Of a stretch of 64,000 nucleotides of DNA, positions 32,458-41,791 are shown piece by piece; the stretch's first letter is position 1; the number at the start of each line of letters is the position of its first letter. The DNA is from an uncultured delta proteobacterium. GTDB taxonomy: Bacteria; Myxococcota; Kuafuiibacteriia; Kuafuiibacteriales; Kuafuiibacteriaceae. Where the stretch lies: NCBI GenBank assembly GCA_963803435.1, contig CAWDML010000001.1, positions 1,152,001-1,216,000 of the forward strand. The letters are read 5' to 3'. The position numbers were made by a program, and so were the translations under genes. Below the pieces are notes generated by a model. That model had not been told where the DNA came from. It did not search any database and worked only from the letters and a program-made list of their open reading frames with translations.

Positions 32458-33561
32458 ATGTCGCACGCGCACGCTCCGAGGTCGGTCGCTCTCATCACCG
32501 GCGGTGCCGGTTTCATCGGATCGAACCTGGCGTTCGAGCTGGCCCACCGCGGCTTGTCGGTCATGGTGTTCGACAACCTGTCCCGGGCCGGAGTGTCGAT
32601 CAACGCCCGCTGGCTGCGCCGGGAGCACCCGGACCGGATCGACCTCGTTCGCGGGGAGACCGGCGACCGGGAGGCGGTGCGCGAGGCGGTTCGATGCGCC
32701 AGCGTGGTCTTTCATTGCGCCGCCCAGGCGTCTTCTTCGACCAGCTTCAAGACGCCCCGCGAGGACTTCGAGAGCAACCTGATCGGGACGCTGAACGTGC
32801 TCGAGGCCCTCCGCGAGCTTCCCGATCCTCCGGCGCTCGTGCACGCCTCCACCAGCAAGGTCTACGGCCGTCTCGCGGACGTCCCGGTCATGCGGATCGG
32901 CGCACGACATCTCCCGATCGACGGCGAGCTGATCGCACACGGCGTCTCGGAGTCCGAGCCGCTCGACCTGCGGACGCCGTTCGGCTGCTCCAAGGGCGCG
33001 GCCGACCAGTACGTGCTGGAGTACGCGAAGAGCTACGGCATTCCTGCGGTGGTCCTGCGCATCGGCTGCGTCTACGGACCGCACCAGTTTGGGACCGAAG
33101 AGCAGGGCTGGGTGGCTCACTTCCTGGAGCAGACGGTCCGCGATCAACCGATCGTCATCTACGGAGACGGCCACCAGGTTCGCGATCTCCTCTACGTCGA
33201 CGATCTGGTGTCCGCTCTGGTGCTGGCGGCGGAGCAGATCGGCCGCACGCGTGGCCGCGCGTTCAACCTGGGCGGTGGTCCCGCCCACGCGCTCAGCCTG
33301 CTGGAGGTCGTCGATCGACTGGAGCACATCTGCGGCCACCGCCCCAAGCTGGACTTCGAGGTCTGTCGTCTGGGCGATCGGCCCTACTATGTCTCTGACT
33401 TCCGGCGTTTCACCGAAGTCACCGGATGGCGCCCGCGCATCGCGCCGGACGACGGGATCGAACGGCTCCACAGGTGGGTCCTGAACCGAAGTCAGGCGGA
33501 GGAGATCGATCCGCGCGTCCGCGAGCAGAAGAGCGAAGCGTTCGAGGGGAGCAAGGTGTAG
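32458..33561 (+). CDS. NAD-dependent epimerase/dehydratase (CDP-paratose 2-epimerase-like)
   Basis: LITGGAGFIGSNL, DNLSR, STSKVYG, PFGCSKGAADQY, YGDGHQVRDLLYVDD. Confidence 0.88.
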   Translation: MSHAHAPRSVALITGGAGFIGSNLAFELAHRGLSVMVFDNLSRAGVSINARWLRREHPDRIDLVRGETGDREAVREAVRCASVVFHCAAQASSSTSFKTPREDFESNLIGTLNVLEALRELPDPPALVHASTSKVYGRLADVPVMRIGARHLPIDGELIAHGVSESEPLDLRTPFGCSKGAADQYVLEYAKSYGIPAVVLRIGCVYGPHQFGTEEQGWVAHFLEQTVRDQPIVIYGDGHQVRDLLYVDDLVSALVLAAEQIGRTRGRAFNLGGGPAHALSLLEVVDRLEHICGHRPKLDFEVCRLGDRPYYVSDFRRFTEVTGWRPRIAPDDGIERLHRWVLNRSQAEEIDPRVREQKSEAFEGSKV

Positions 33562-33571
33562 CGCGGCCGTT

Positions 33572-34384
33572 TCAGCCCACGTTGAGGGTGACGTGCCCGC
33601 CGTTCCGCTGAAGCTCCGCCGCCATGTCGCGGCGGAACTGGGCCTGCGTCGTCGCGTTGCCGACGATGCCCATGCAGCCGATGGTGCCGGGCGTGCCGCC
33701 GTCGGGATGGATCCGGAGGTCGCCGCGCACTCGCCCGACCCTCGGGTCGTACTTGTTGCTGAGCGCGAAGCTGTAGCCGACACCGCCGACGTTCATCGAG
33801 CTGTTCCCGCGGTTCCACATGTGGGCCGAGACGGAGTACTGGCCCATCGGCAGGTTGCCGGCGCCGTGACCGCCGCTGCGATAGTTGTACGTGTGGCCGT
33901 TCACGGTGATGCGGCCTTCGATCATCTGGTTGCGCGCGCCGGAGTTCCGCACGCGGTCGACGGTCGCGTGCAGGTTCTGAGCGGGGCCGCCGGGTCCGTC
34001 GACCGCGCCGAGCTGCGGTGCGCCGCTGGGAGCATCGCTGCCGTTCCAACCGCCCGCAACGCTGCGCTGGTTCGAGAAGCAGCCGCCGCCCATCCGCCCG
34101 CGATCGGAGCCGCCCGCGCGGTTGCTGTTGTTGTTGAGCATCGACATGAGCGCGAGCTGGATCAGCGTCGCGGGATCGAGCTGCATGAGCAGCGCGGCGA
34201 GCATCTGGACCTGCATCAGCTGCAGATAGTCTTGTGCCCCGCCTTGCCCGCTTCCGGCGCCCTGGAAGATGTCACCGGTCTGGAGGAACGATCCGAGATC
34301 GACGGGAAGATAGCCGCCACTCTGGAACGCAGAGCCCTGGAGGAAGCTGGGCTGGGACGAGAACGCCGGGTTGAACCTGAGCAA
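33572..34384 (-). CDS. Tlde1/DUF2778-like L,D-transpeptidase-fold protein with Q/G/S-rich N-terminus
   Basis: GGAGG RBS 7 nt before TTG 34384; C-terminal RSGGHGAGNLPMGQY...LRIHPDGGTPGTIGCMGI (H...GC motif). Confidence 0.68.
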   Translation of the reverse strand: MLRFNPAFSSQPSFLQGSAFQSGGYLPVDLGSFLQTGDIFQGAGSGQGGAQDYLQLMQVQMLAALLMQLDPATLIQLALMSMLNNNSNRAGGSDRGRMGGGCFSNQRSVAGGWNGSDAPSGAPQLGAVDGPGGPAQNLHATVDRVRNSGARNQMIEGRITVNGHTYNYRSGGHGAGNLPMGQYSVSAHMWNRGNSSMNVGGVGYSFALSNKYDPRVGRVRGDLRIHPDGGTPGTIGCMGIVGNATTQAQFRRDMAAELQRNGGHVTLNVG

Positions 34385-34577
34385 TTGTGGACCTCCTGTC
34401 GTGGTTGCTCGATCGGGATTGTCGCGAAGGTCGGGTGTGAATGGCAAGTCCACAGGGCGACGGTGGGATGTCCGATCAGCTGGACCGAGACTCAGCGGAG
34501 GTCCTGACGTGGTGAGCGATCGTCGGCGCGCGCTCCAATCGAACGGTCCCGCAGTCGGTGTGACCCTGATCCGCTCA

Positions 34578-35600
34578 TCATCGTGCGGTGACCCATAGCT
34601 CGCGACAGCTGACGCCCAGGGTGGCGACCACTCCGCCGCAGCAGGTCGCGCCCCGGAGCCGCGCGGCCGCGCGATCGGTCGGACAGGGTAGATCGAACGG
34701 CTCCCCGCCGGTCCCACCGGCCTGAAGCGGCACCAGCGTGCGGCTTCCGAGCACCTCACGGATGGCGAAGCGCGGCGGATCGCTGGACCCGGCCAGATCC
34801 ACCACCTCGAAGTGCGCGCACGAGAACGAGATCTGATCGACGAGATCGCCGGAGCGGCCGGAGAGGCCCACCACGATCTCTCCGGCGGGACAGCGCGCGT
34901 CGTACGGCTCGCCGCCCGTCCCACCCCGCGGCGGGGCATCGGTCCCCGGCGTGAGGACGAGCGAATACGTGTATGGAGTGGTGGTGGTGTCCTCGAGGAT
35001 CGAGGGGGTCGCGCAGTGCTCTCCGATCTGATCGAGGTACAGGCCGGAGCGGCCGACGAGGCCGACGATCACCTGACTCGCCCCGCAACCTTCGGCTCCC
35101 CAGGCGTCGAGATAGCTCCAGCCGGTAGTCGCCGTCTCGTACGGCTCGACGAGCTCGACGGCGCCCGAGGGACAGCCGTCGTCGGGGCCGAGCGCGCAGC
35201 TCTCGTCAATCCCGTCGCACCGCTCGACCTCCGGAAGGATCTCGCCCTCGCAGGGGCCGAAGCGATCCCCGACGCAGGCCGCCAACCCCACCTGGCAGAT
35301 GCCGACGCCCGCCGTGCTCATGGGACCGGCGTAGCAGGTCTTTACTTCGTTCGGCTTGCAGGCTTGGGGTCCGCTGTCGGGCGCCTCCAGACCCGCGTCG
35401 AGCAGGGCGGCGTCCACCGTCGAGCCCGAATCCCTCTCGCCACCGTCGTCGGGAGCGATCGACGAGCGGCATCGACCATCCCGGCAGTGGAGACCGGCCG
35501 GGCACGGCGAAGAGGCGTTACAGAGGCGACCCTCGTAGTCGGGCTCCGGGGCACACCCCGCGATCACGAGAAACGCGAGCGCTCTGAAGGCCGCTCCCAC
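34578..35600 (-). CDS. Cys-rich lipoprotein with C-terminal jacalin-like repeats
   Basis: VIAGC lipobox; myxobacterial CYAGP..TAGVGICQVG / ERCDGIDESC repeat; two VGL.GRSG..(L/V)DQI and GGTGGEP(Y/F) repeats. Confidence 0.72.
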   Translation of the reverse strand: MGAAFRALAFLVIAGCAPEPDYEGRLCNASSPCPAGLHCRDGRCRSSIAPDDGGERDSGSTVDAALLDAGLEAPDSGPQACKPNEVKTCYAGPMSTAGVGICQVGLAACVGDRFGPCEGEILPEVERCDGIDESCALGPDDGCPSGAVELVEPYETATTGWSYLDAWGAEGCGASQVIVGLVGRSGLYLDQIGEHCATPSILEDTTTTPYTYSLVLTPGTDAPPRGGTGGEPYDARCPAGEIVVGLSGRSGDLVDQISFSCAHFEVVDLAGSSDPPRFAIREVLGSRTLVPLQAGGTGGEPFDLPCPTDRAAARLRGATCCGGVVATLGVSCRELWVTAR

Positions 35601-35812
35601 CGACCGGTGAGCCTAGCATCATTCCTCGCCTTGAGCGCATCGGATTGGGAGTGTCGCTCCGTCGCCTGCCCGCTGAGCGGTGTCACCGATCGAGAGCTCG
35701 CGGAGTCTTCTCATGCGGACTGATCGACTCCACGGGTACGTCTACCTCGGCTTGACCGAGGTCGGGCCGGCCACACCGATTCATCCCGATCCGCCTCTTT
35801 TCGCCGAGGCCG

Positions 35813-37096
35813 CTACCGCGGGCGCACCACCGTGACGGGCGTCGGTCCCCCGATCTCGGCGCGCTTGGTGGGGCTGATCGGCGCGAAGGCCGCGCCGCCC
35901 TGAAAGACACCGCCCAGATCGAGGTTCTCGACGCTGAGACCGAGGACGTCACAGGTGCGATCGCCGTGCGTCCAGCGGAAGAGCGAGCCCACGTCGGAGG
36001 CCACCACGAAGCCGTCCGGGAACGGGACGATGGTGTTGGCGTTCTCCATGTGGGTCGCCACCAGCGGCACGAGCTGGTGCCCATCGAGCCGAAAGATCTG
36101 ACCGCTGAACGCTCCGACCAGGATCCCGAGGCCAGGGACGAAGCGCACCGCGCCCCCGAGATCGTCGGGGATCGGGATCTCCTCGAAGCTCTGTCCGTCC
36201 CATCGCCCGACGACTGGTGATTGGATCGTGGTGAAGTACACCGCGCCTGAGTAGATGAGCGTGCCCTGCTCAGCGTCATGATCATTCGGGAGCTGATGGA
36301 GCACACGCCCGTCGGTGACGTCGATCAGCTGGGACGATCGGCTCATCCCCAGCACCCCGTCCCCGTACGGGTTCGGGATCAACCACCGCAGCCCGATGAT
36401 CGGCGAGCCCACCTGAGGGAGCAGCTCGACCCGATCGTTCTCGATCGAACCCGCCATGACGGCGCCGGTACTGGTCACGACCCAGAGCCGGTCGCCGTCG
36501 AGCGTGGCGGTCTGAGCACCGACAGGAGGGACGACCTCGATGGGCGTGCTGGTGCTGCCGCGGAGGCGAAAGAGCCCCGGCGCTTGAAACGCCACCGCGT
36601 AGACGTCCCCAGCGTCGCCTTCGAGGAGCTCGGCGATCGCGCTCTCCGTCTGCAGGCTGATGGTCTCGCTCTCGACCCGACACGGATCGGGGCGCGGATC
36701 CTGGTAGAGGAAAGCGTCGATCTCTGCGCTGGTTCGACCGGTCTTCTCCCAATCGGCGCCTCCGAGCAGCGGCAGCGTGTAGATCGATTCGGCCTTCGGG
36801 AGCGGATCCATTCCGGTGCCCGGGAGCAGCCGACCCTCGGCGGGAAACAGCGCCTCGACAGGCTCGGAGAAGAGAAGGAGCTCGAGCGAGGCCGATCGGT
36901 CTGCAGTCCAGATCGGAGGTCGGATTGGGTCCATCATAGGAAGCGCGTAGACGAAGGCATCGACCTTGTGGTCGTGATGACCGACGAGGAGCGCAGTGGC
37001 GTCCGGGGTCTCAGGAATCCCGTGGATGTAGACCACTTCGCCCTCGGCGCACGACGTCACCAGCAGAAGCGTACCGACCAAGAACCTCCCCGACAC
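35813..37096 (-). CDS. Hypothetical lipoprotein, beta-propeller-like C-terminus
   Basis: GTG 37096: MSGRFLVGTLLLVTSC lipobox; TATCAT 6 nt upstream. Confidence 0.62.
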   Translation of the reverse strand: MSGRFLVGTLLLVTSCAEGEVVYIHGIPETPDATALLVGHHDHKVDAFVYALPMMDPIRPPIWTADRSASLELLLFSEPVEALFPAEGRLLPGTGMDPLPKAESIYTLPLLGGADWEKTGRTSAEIDAFLYQDPRPDPCRVESETISLQTESAIAELLEGDAGDVYAVAFQAPGLFRLRGSTSTPIEVVPPVGAQTATLDGDRLWVVTSTGAVMAGSIENDRVELLPQVGSPIIGLRWLIPNPYGDGVLGMSRSSQLIDVTDGRVLHQLPNDHDAEQGTLIYSGAVYFTTIQSPVVGRWDGQSFEEIPIPDDLGGAVRFVPGLGILVGAFSGQIFRLDGHQLVPLVATHMENANTIVPFPDGFVVASDVGSLFRWTHGDRTCDVLGLSVENLDLGGVFQGGAAFAPISPTKRAEIGGPTPVTVVRPR

Positions 37097-37243
37097 GTGC
37101 CGATGATACACGCGCGCTTCCAAACAACGTCTGGGATCGTCGCCGCGCGGACGCCCACCGACCTCGGGCAAGCGGGCGAGTCGGTCAGCAGTGGATCGGC
37201 ACCTTCCGGGCGCGCCTCTGCGGCCTTCGCCACGGTTTCTTCG

Positions 37244-38539
37244 TCATCTGCGGTGCTTCTCCATCAAGAACGGAACCACGGCGTTTTGCGGCACTCGGTG
37301 CTGCTCGGAAGTCTTGAGGTTCTTGAGGAGGACCTCTCCGGTCGCTTGCTCCTCCTTCGCCACCACCACCACCCAGGTCACGCCCGAACGGTCCGCGTGC
37401 TTCAGCCCGTCCCTCATCCGGAGATCGTCGAGCGCGGGGGCGGTGCGGATGTCGGCCGCCCGCAGCGCACGAGAGAGCTCGCGAACCTGCGCACGAAACT
37501 GCGGTTCGGTCCCGAACACCAGCACGTCGGGCCCCAGGTCCGCCTTCGGGAGAAGGCCGTGCTCCTCGAGGAAGTTCCAGGTGGTCACGTCCCCCATGCC
37601 GAACCCGATCCCCGGGATGCGCTTGTCGCTGAACAAGCTGACGAGGTTGTCGTAGCGGCCGCCGCCGAAGATCGATCTTCGGTTCGTCGGCGACTCGTCG
37701 AACACCTCGAAGACCGTGGACGTGTAGTAGTTGAGTGCGCGAATGATCATCGGATCGAACCTGACCGGCGCGGAAGAGAGCTGCTCGCGAATGATCGGCA
37801 CGATGTGCGAGCGCTCCACCGCCTCAGGCCCTGCAGCCCGACAGTAGGCGTCGAGGTCCATCACGACGAGATCCTGGAGCTTGCTCCGCTGGGTCGCGTC
37901 CAGCCCACACTTCTCCATCGCCTCGCTTCGCGCGTCGGCGTCCACCTTCTCCCAGCGATCGATCACCATGCCGACATCGACGAGCCGATCCACCGGTACG
38001 CCGACGAAACACTGGAGCGCCCCTTCGACCAGGATCCGGTCGTTCACCCGCAGCAGGTAGTCACTCCCGGACGCTCCCAGCGCCGCGAGCAATGCGCCGG
38101 TCAGGTCGAAGATCTCGATCTCGGCCTCCACACCCTCCGATCCGAAAATGTCGACGTTGAGCTGCCAGTGCTCTCGCACTCGACCACGCTGCGGGCGCTC
38201 GTAGCGGTGGCAGTTGACGTGTGAGTACCAGCGCGCGGGAAGCGCGATGTCGTGCACATGGCCAGCGATGATTCGCGCCACCGAAGGCGTCATCTCGGGG
38301 CGAAGCGCCAGCGCTCGACCGCCGCGGTCGGTGAGACGGTACAGTTGCTGGTTCGCGATCTCCTCTCCGGACTTCGCCTCGTAGATGGCTGCAGGCTCGA
38401 GGATGGGACCGTCGTAGCGCCGAAAGCCGAAGAGCTCCACGCATCGAAACAGCTTCTGGAAGATCTGCGTCCGGACCGACATCTCCTCTGGGAGGAAGTC
38501 TCGAGTTCCCTTGTAAGGCTGGGTGGGTAGCTTCGACAT
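37244..38539 (-). CDS. hisS: Histidine--tRNA ligase
   Basis: KGTRDF, LRPEMTPS, RYERPQRGRVREHWQLNVD, IRALNYYT, GGGRYD, GIGFGMG. Confidence 0.96.
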   Translation of the reverse strand: MSKLPTQPYKGTRDFLPEEMSVRTQIFQKLFRCVELFGFRRYDGPILEPAAIYEAKSGEEIANQQLYRLTDRGGRALALRPEMTPSVARIIAGHVHDIALPARWYSHVNCHRYERPQRGRVREHWQLNVDIFGSEGVEAEIEIFDLTGALLAALGASGSDYLLRVNDRILVEGALQCFVGVPVDRLVDVGMVIDRWEKVDADARSEAMEKCGLDATQRSKLQDLVVMDLDAYCRAAGPEAVERSHIVPIIREQLSSAPVRFDPMIIRALNYYTSTVFEVFDESPTNRRSIFGGGRYDNLVSLFSDKRIPGIGFGMGDVTTWNFLEEHGLLPKADLGPDVLVFGTEPQFRAQVRELSRALRAADIRTAPALDDLRMRDGLKHADRSGVTWVVVVAKEEQATGEVLLKNLKTSEQHRVPQNAVVPFLMEKHRR

Positions 38540-38762
38540 GAGGGCCTCAGTCTACCCGTCCGCCGTTGGCTCGACTGCCATGAAATAGCCAGTGAGCGTC
38601 GAAAAGTGGTCGCGCTCTCCGAGCAGCTCGAGGCCTTGCCCTTCACCTCGCGGATCTGGAGCTGCGCGGCGCCCCCGACGCGTAGACCGGATCAGGAGCC
38701 CCGCGCCCCACGCTCCACGCCCAAACCGTCACACCGTGACGCGACTCCTCGAACGACGCTCT

Positions 38763-39062
38763 TCACTGCTTTTCCTGGATCGCGCTCACCAGCTCGCTCT
38801 TCTTCATGCGGCTGCGGCCCGGGATTCCGAGCTTCTTCGCCTCGTTGTAGAGCTCGTCGCGGGTGCGCTCGGACATCGGCTTGCCCGGCTTACCGGTGCC
38901 CTGGGTCCTCTTGTTGGGCGTGCGGCCCTCCTGCCGCCGGCCCTTGTTGACCGTGCGAGCCGCAATCTCTTTGGCGCGCTTCGTCGACGAGCCCCGCTGT
39001 TTGGCGCTGCTCTTGATGTGCTCGTACTTTCGTTCGTCCTTGTTGCTCCATCCACGTGGCAT
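38763..39062 (-). CDS. Small basic protein with C-terminal Rho-N-like domain
   Basis: WSNKDERKYEHIKSS...AKEIAARTVNK; TRDELYNEAKKLGIPGRSRMKKSELV; GGAGG RBS. Confidence 0.82.
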   Translation of the reverse strand: MPRGWSNKDERKYEHIKSSAKQRGSSTKRAKEIAARTVNKGRRQEGRTPNKRTQGTGKPGKPMSERTRDELYNEAKKLGIPGRSRMKKSELVSAIQEKQ

Positions 39063-39088
39063 GACTCGCCTCCTCGAAGCGAGGACGG

Positions 39089-39104
39089 TGCACGCGACAT
39101 GCCA
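39089..39104 (-). promoter_or_regulatory. Sigma54-type promoter (-24/-12)
   Basis: TGGCATGTCGCGTGCA: GG-N10-GC spacing, ~27 nt upstream of ATG 39062. Confidence 0.6.
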
Positions 39105-39116
39105 GAGGGGTGCTCG

Positions 39117-40436
39117 CTAGAGCGCCGCCAGCGCGGCCTCGAGGGCCGGCGCCGTCTCCCGGCCCACGGACACCGAGACCTCGTACGCGAACTCGGGGTC
39201 GTCGTACTGCGCCGGATCGAGGATGTAGCCCAGCTCGTCGTTGCCGAGCCCGATCACGAGCGGGTGGCGCGCGCCGGCCTCGGCCAGACCCTGCTTGATC
39301 CGCTGGCCGACCATCGGCGTCGGCTCACCCGGCACCAGCGCCCACTTGGCGGGGCCTAGATCGATGCGCGCAACCTCGGTGATGAAGCCGCCCTTCGTGC
39401 CACGGGGGTGCGGCTCGATGAGACCGATCCGCTCCATCAGCTGGAACAGCTCGTTGTCGGTGACCAGCTCGACGGGTGCGCTCCGAAAGCCCACCTGCCT
39501 CACGTCGGCCGGTTCGGCGTGCTCCAGCGCGGACAGCGCGACCTCCGCCAGGCGCCGGCCCATCTCGTCGACGAACGTGGACCGCTCGGAGACCGAGGCG
39601 CCCTCGTCGACGTCGGCGGTGACCATCCCTCCCAGCGAGCCGTTGGCGAAGACAGCGGTCCCGCCGCGCGCCGCCTCGATCTGCGTCCGCATCGCTCCGG
39701 GAAAGTCGGCCGAGAGCAGGCGAGCGCGATCTCCAGGGTCTCGGCGTGGCAGCCGAAGTTCACCAGCTCGGCGATCGTGCGACCGTCGTGCGTCCTCGCC
39801 TCCATCACCTCGATCGCGCGATCGTAGACGCCGGGGTTGCGGAGATTCTCGACCAGCCCGTCCGGGATCTCGCCGCGTCCGAACCACAGGCGGGCCGGCT
39901 CGGCGCGCTCGGCGGCGCGCATCACGCTGGCGGCGAGCCTCCGCTCCAGGACGCGCTGGTATCCAGGATCGATGCCGCTCTCGATCGGGAAGGCGTAGAG
40001 CAAGGCCTGGCCCCAATAACCCATCGTGTCCGGGCTCTGGTGGTTGTGCGTCGACGCAACCGCGACGTGGATCCCGTTGCCCACGAGCCGCCGCACGCGC
40101 TCGACGGTCGGATAGATGAGACCGATGACGTCGGCCATCACGAGCGCGACGCGATGCGTCCCGTCGTCGAAGAAGAGGCAGCGCGCAGAGATCGGGTCGC
40201 GGACGCGCTCCATCTTGCGCTGGAACCCGAAGCCCGCCAGCCAGACCTCCGAGCCGGGCGGCGGGGTCAGAATCGATCGAGGCGGCGCCGCACCGAAGGC
40301 CGGGGCCGGAGCGCCGGGGGATCGGCCCGATCGGGTACGCGGGGTGGGCCACCCGCGGAGGCGGCCGCGTGGGGAGCAGGCACCCGGAGACCCCCGCGAC
40401 GCCCGAGAGCAGGACCTGGCGCCTCGAGAGCTTCAT
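39117..40436 (-). CDS. Neutral ceramidase-like (Tat/lipo)protein; two apparent frameshifts (~40272, ~39733)
   Basis: MKLSRRQVLL...SGC; stitched frames give IDLTPP..VWLAGF, DPISAR, ASTHNHQSPDTMG, NFGCHAE, LSADFPG, GLGNDELGY. Confidence 0.72.
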   Translation of the reverse strand: MKLSRRQVLLSGVAGVSGCLLPTRPPPRVAHPAYPIGPIPRRSGPGLRCGAASIDSDPAARLGGLAGGLRVPAQDGARPRPDLCALPLLRRRDASRRARDGRRHRSHLSDRRARAAARGQRDPRRGCVDAQPPEPGHDGLLGPGLALRLPDRERHRSWIPARPGAEARRQRDARRRARRAGPPVVRTRRDPGRAGRESPQPRRLRSRDRGDGGEDARRSHDRRAGELRLPRRDPGDRARLLSADFPGAMRTQIEAARGGTAVFANGSLGGMVTADVDEGASVSERSTFVDEMGRRLAEVALSALEHAEPADVRQVGFRSAPVELVTDNELFQLMERIGLIEPHPRGTKGGFITEVARIDLGPAKWALVPGEPTPMVGQRIKQGLAEAGARHPLVIGLGNDELGYILDPAQYDDPEFAYEVSVSVGRETAPALEAALAAL

Positions 40437-41749
40437 TCGAGCGAATACCTCCGGAAGACGAACAGGCCGCCGAGCAGGCCGGTGGCGCCGATCAGCCCCA
40501 CCAGGCGCAGGCCCAGCGGGTGCGATCGGCTCTGCCCGAACCACTGGAACAGATAGCCGACAGCGCCGGTGGCCACCGCCTCGCCGAGCTTCTCCACCAC
40601 GCCCGACATCCCGGTGTACATCGCCTCGCGCCGGAGCCCGGTCCGCTTCTCGTCGTGATCGATCACGTCGGCGAGGAGCGGACGCGGCAGCACGAAGAGC
40701 GTCGCCGTCGAGAACCCGGCCATGAAGAAGAGGATGACGCCGTGAACGAGCGGCGGCAGGGGCCCGAGCCCGATCGTCCCCATCAAGGGCAGCGTGACCA
40801 CGTAGCCGAGCGCGCCCCAGCGGATCACCTGCGCCTTGCCACGCCGATTGGCGAGGCCTTGGACCAGCGGGAACGCCAGCGTCGCCACCACGATGATCAC
40901 CGCGAGCATCAGCGAGGCGGTCGAGGCCGAGACCCGCATCAGCTCGGTACCGAGGTAGGGGACGGCGAGCACCGCGGAGAACGAGGCGAGGCGAAGCGCG
41001 AAGATCATCGCGCCGTAGCGGAGGAACGCTTGGTTGGACAGCGAGACCGCGACCGCTTCGCGGAAGCCGAACGAGGCTCTACCCTGCCCATCCTCCTGCG
41101 GCGGCTCGCGCACCAGCAGGAGCACCGGCAGCACCGAGATGAACGCGGCCGCCGCCGCCACCACCGCCAGGAGCTCGAAGCCGTTCGCCAGCGCGATCCC
41201 CAGCACCGTCATCGCGCCCATCCCGATCATCGGCGCGGCCACCACCGATCCTGAGACGTTGGAGGCGACCTCGAACACCGACATCCACATCGAGAGCCGG
41301 ACCCGTTGCGGTGCGTCGCGCGCGATCTCGGGGTGCAGGGCCGAATACGGCGCGAACACGCAGGTGTACGCGGCGTAGAAGACCATCAGCGAGATCGCGA
41401 GCTGCACCACCACCTTGGGGTCGTCGACCGGGAGCCCCGAGGGCGGGAAGAACAACATCACGAAGCTGACGCAGAGAAACGGGAGCCCGAGCGCGATCCA
41501 GGGGAGGCGCCGGCCGAAGCGCGAGCGGGTCCGATCGCTGAGGTGCCCCACCAGCGGCTCGATGAAGGCGCCAGCGCCGCGCTCGACGAGGCGGATCGTC
41601 CCGATCATTGCCGCGCTCAGCAGGATCACGCCCTCGCCCTCGGGCGGGTTGTAGAAGTACATCAGCCAGGAGCCGACGATCAGCGGCAACAACCCCTGGC
41701 CGAACGCCCCCACGGCATACGCCAACACCACCCGCCAGCGGAGGACCAC
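40433..41749 (-). CDS. MFS transporter, GPH/MelB family
   Basis: GHLSDRTRSRFGRRLPW, APYSALHPE, LADVIDHDEKRTGLRREAMY. Confidence 0.88.
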   Translation of the reverse strand: MVLRWRVVLAYAVGAFGQGLLPLIVGSWLMYFYNPPEGEGVILLSAAMIGTIRLVERGAGAFIEPLVGHLSDRTRSRFGRRLPWIALGLPFLCVSFVMLFFPPSGLPVDDPKVVVQLAISLMVFYAAYTCVFAPYSALHPEIARDAPQRVRLSMWMSVFEVASNVSGSVVAAPMIGMGAMTVLGIALANGFELLAVVAAAAAFISVLPVLLLVREPPQEDGQGRASFGFREAVAVSLSNQAFLRYGAMIFALRLASFSAVLAVPYLGTELMRVSASTASLMLAVIIVVATLAFPLVQGLANRRGKAQVIRWGALGYVVTLPLMGTIGLGPLPPLVHGVILFFMAGFSTATLFVLPRPLLADVIDHDEKRTGLRREAMYTGMSGVVEKLGEAVATGAVGYLFQWFGQSRSHPLGLRLVGLIGATGLLGGLFVFRRYSLE

Positions 41750-41791
41750 GGCGTGCGACGAAAGCAGGTCCCGGCTATGATGGCAATCCGC

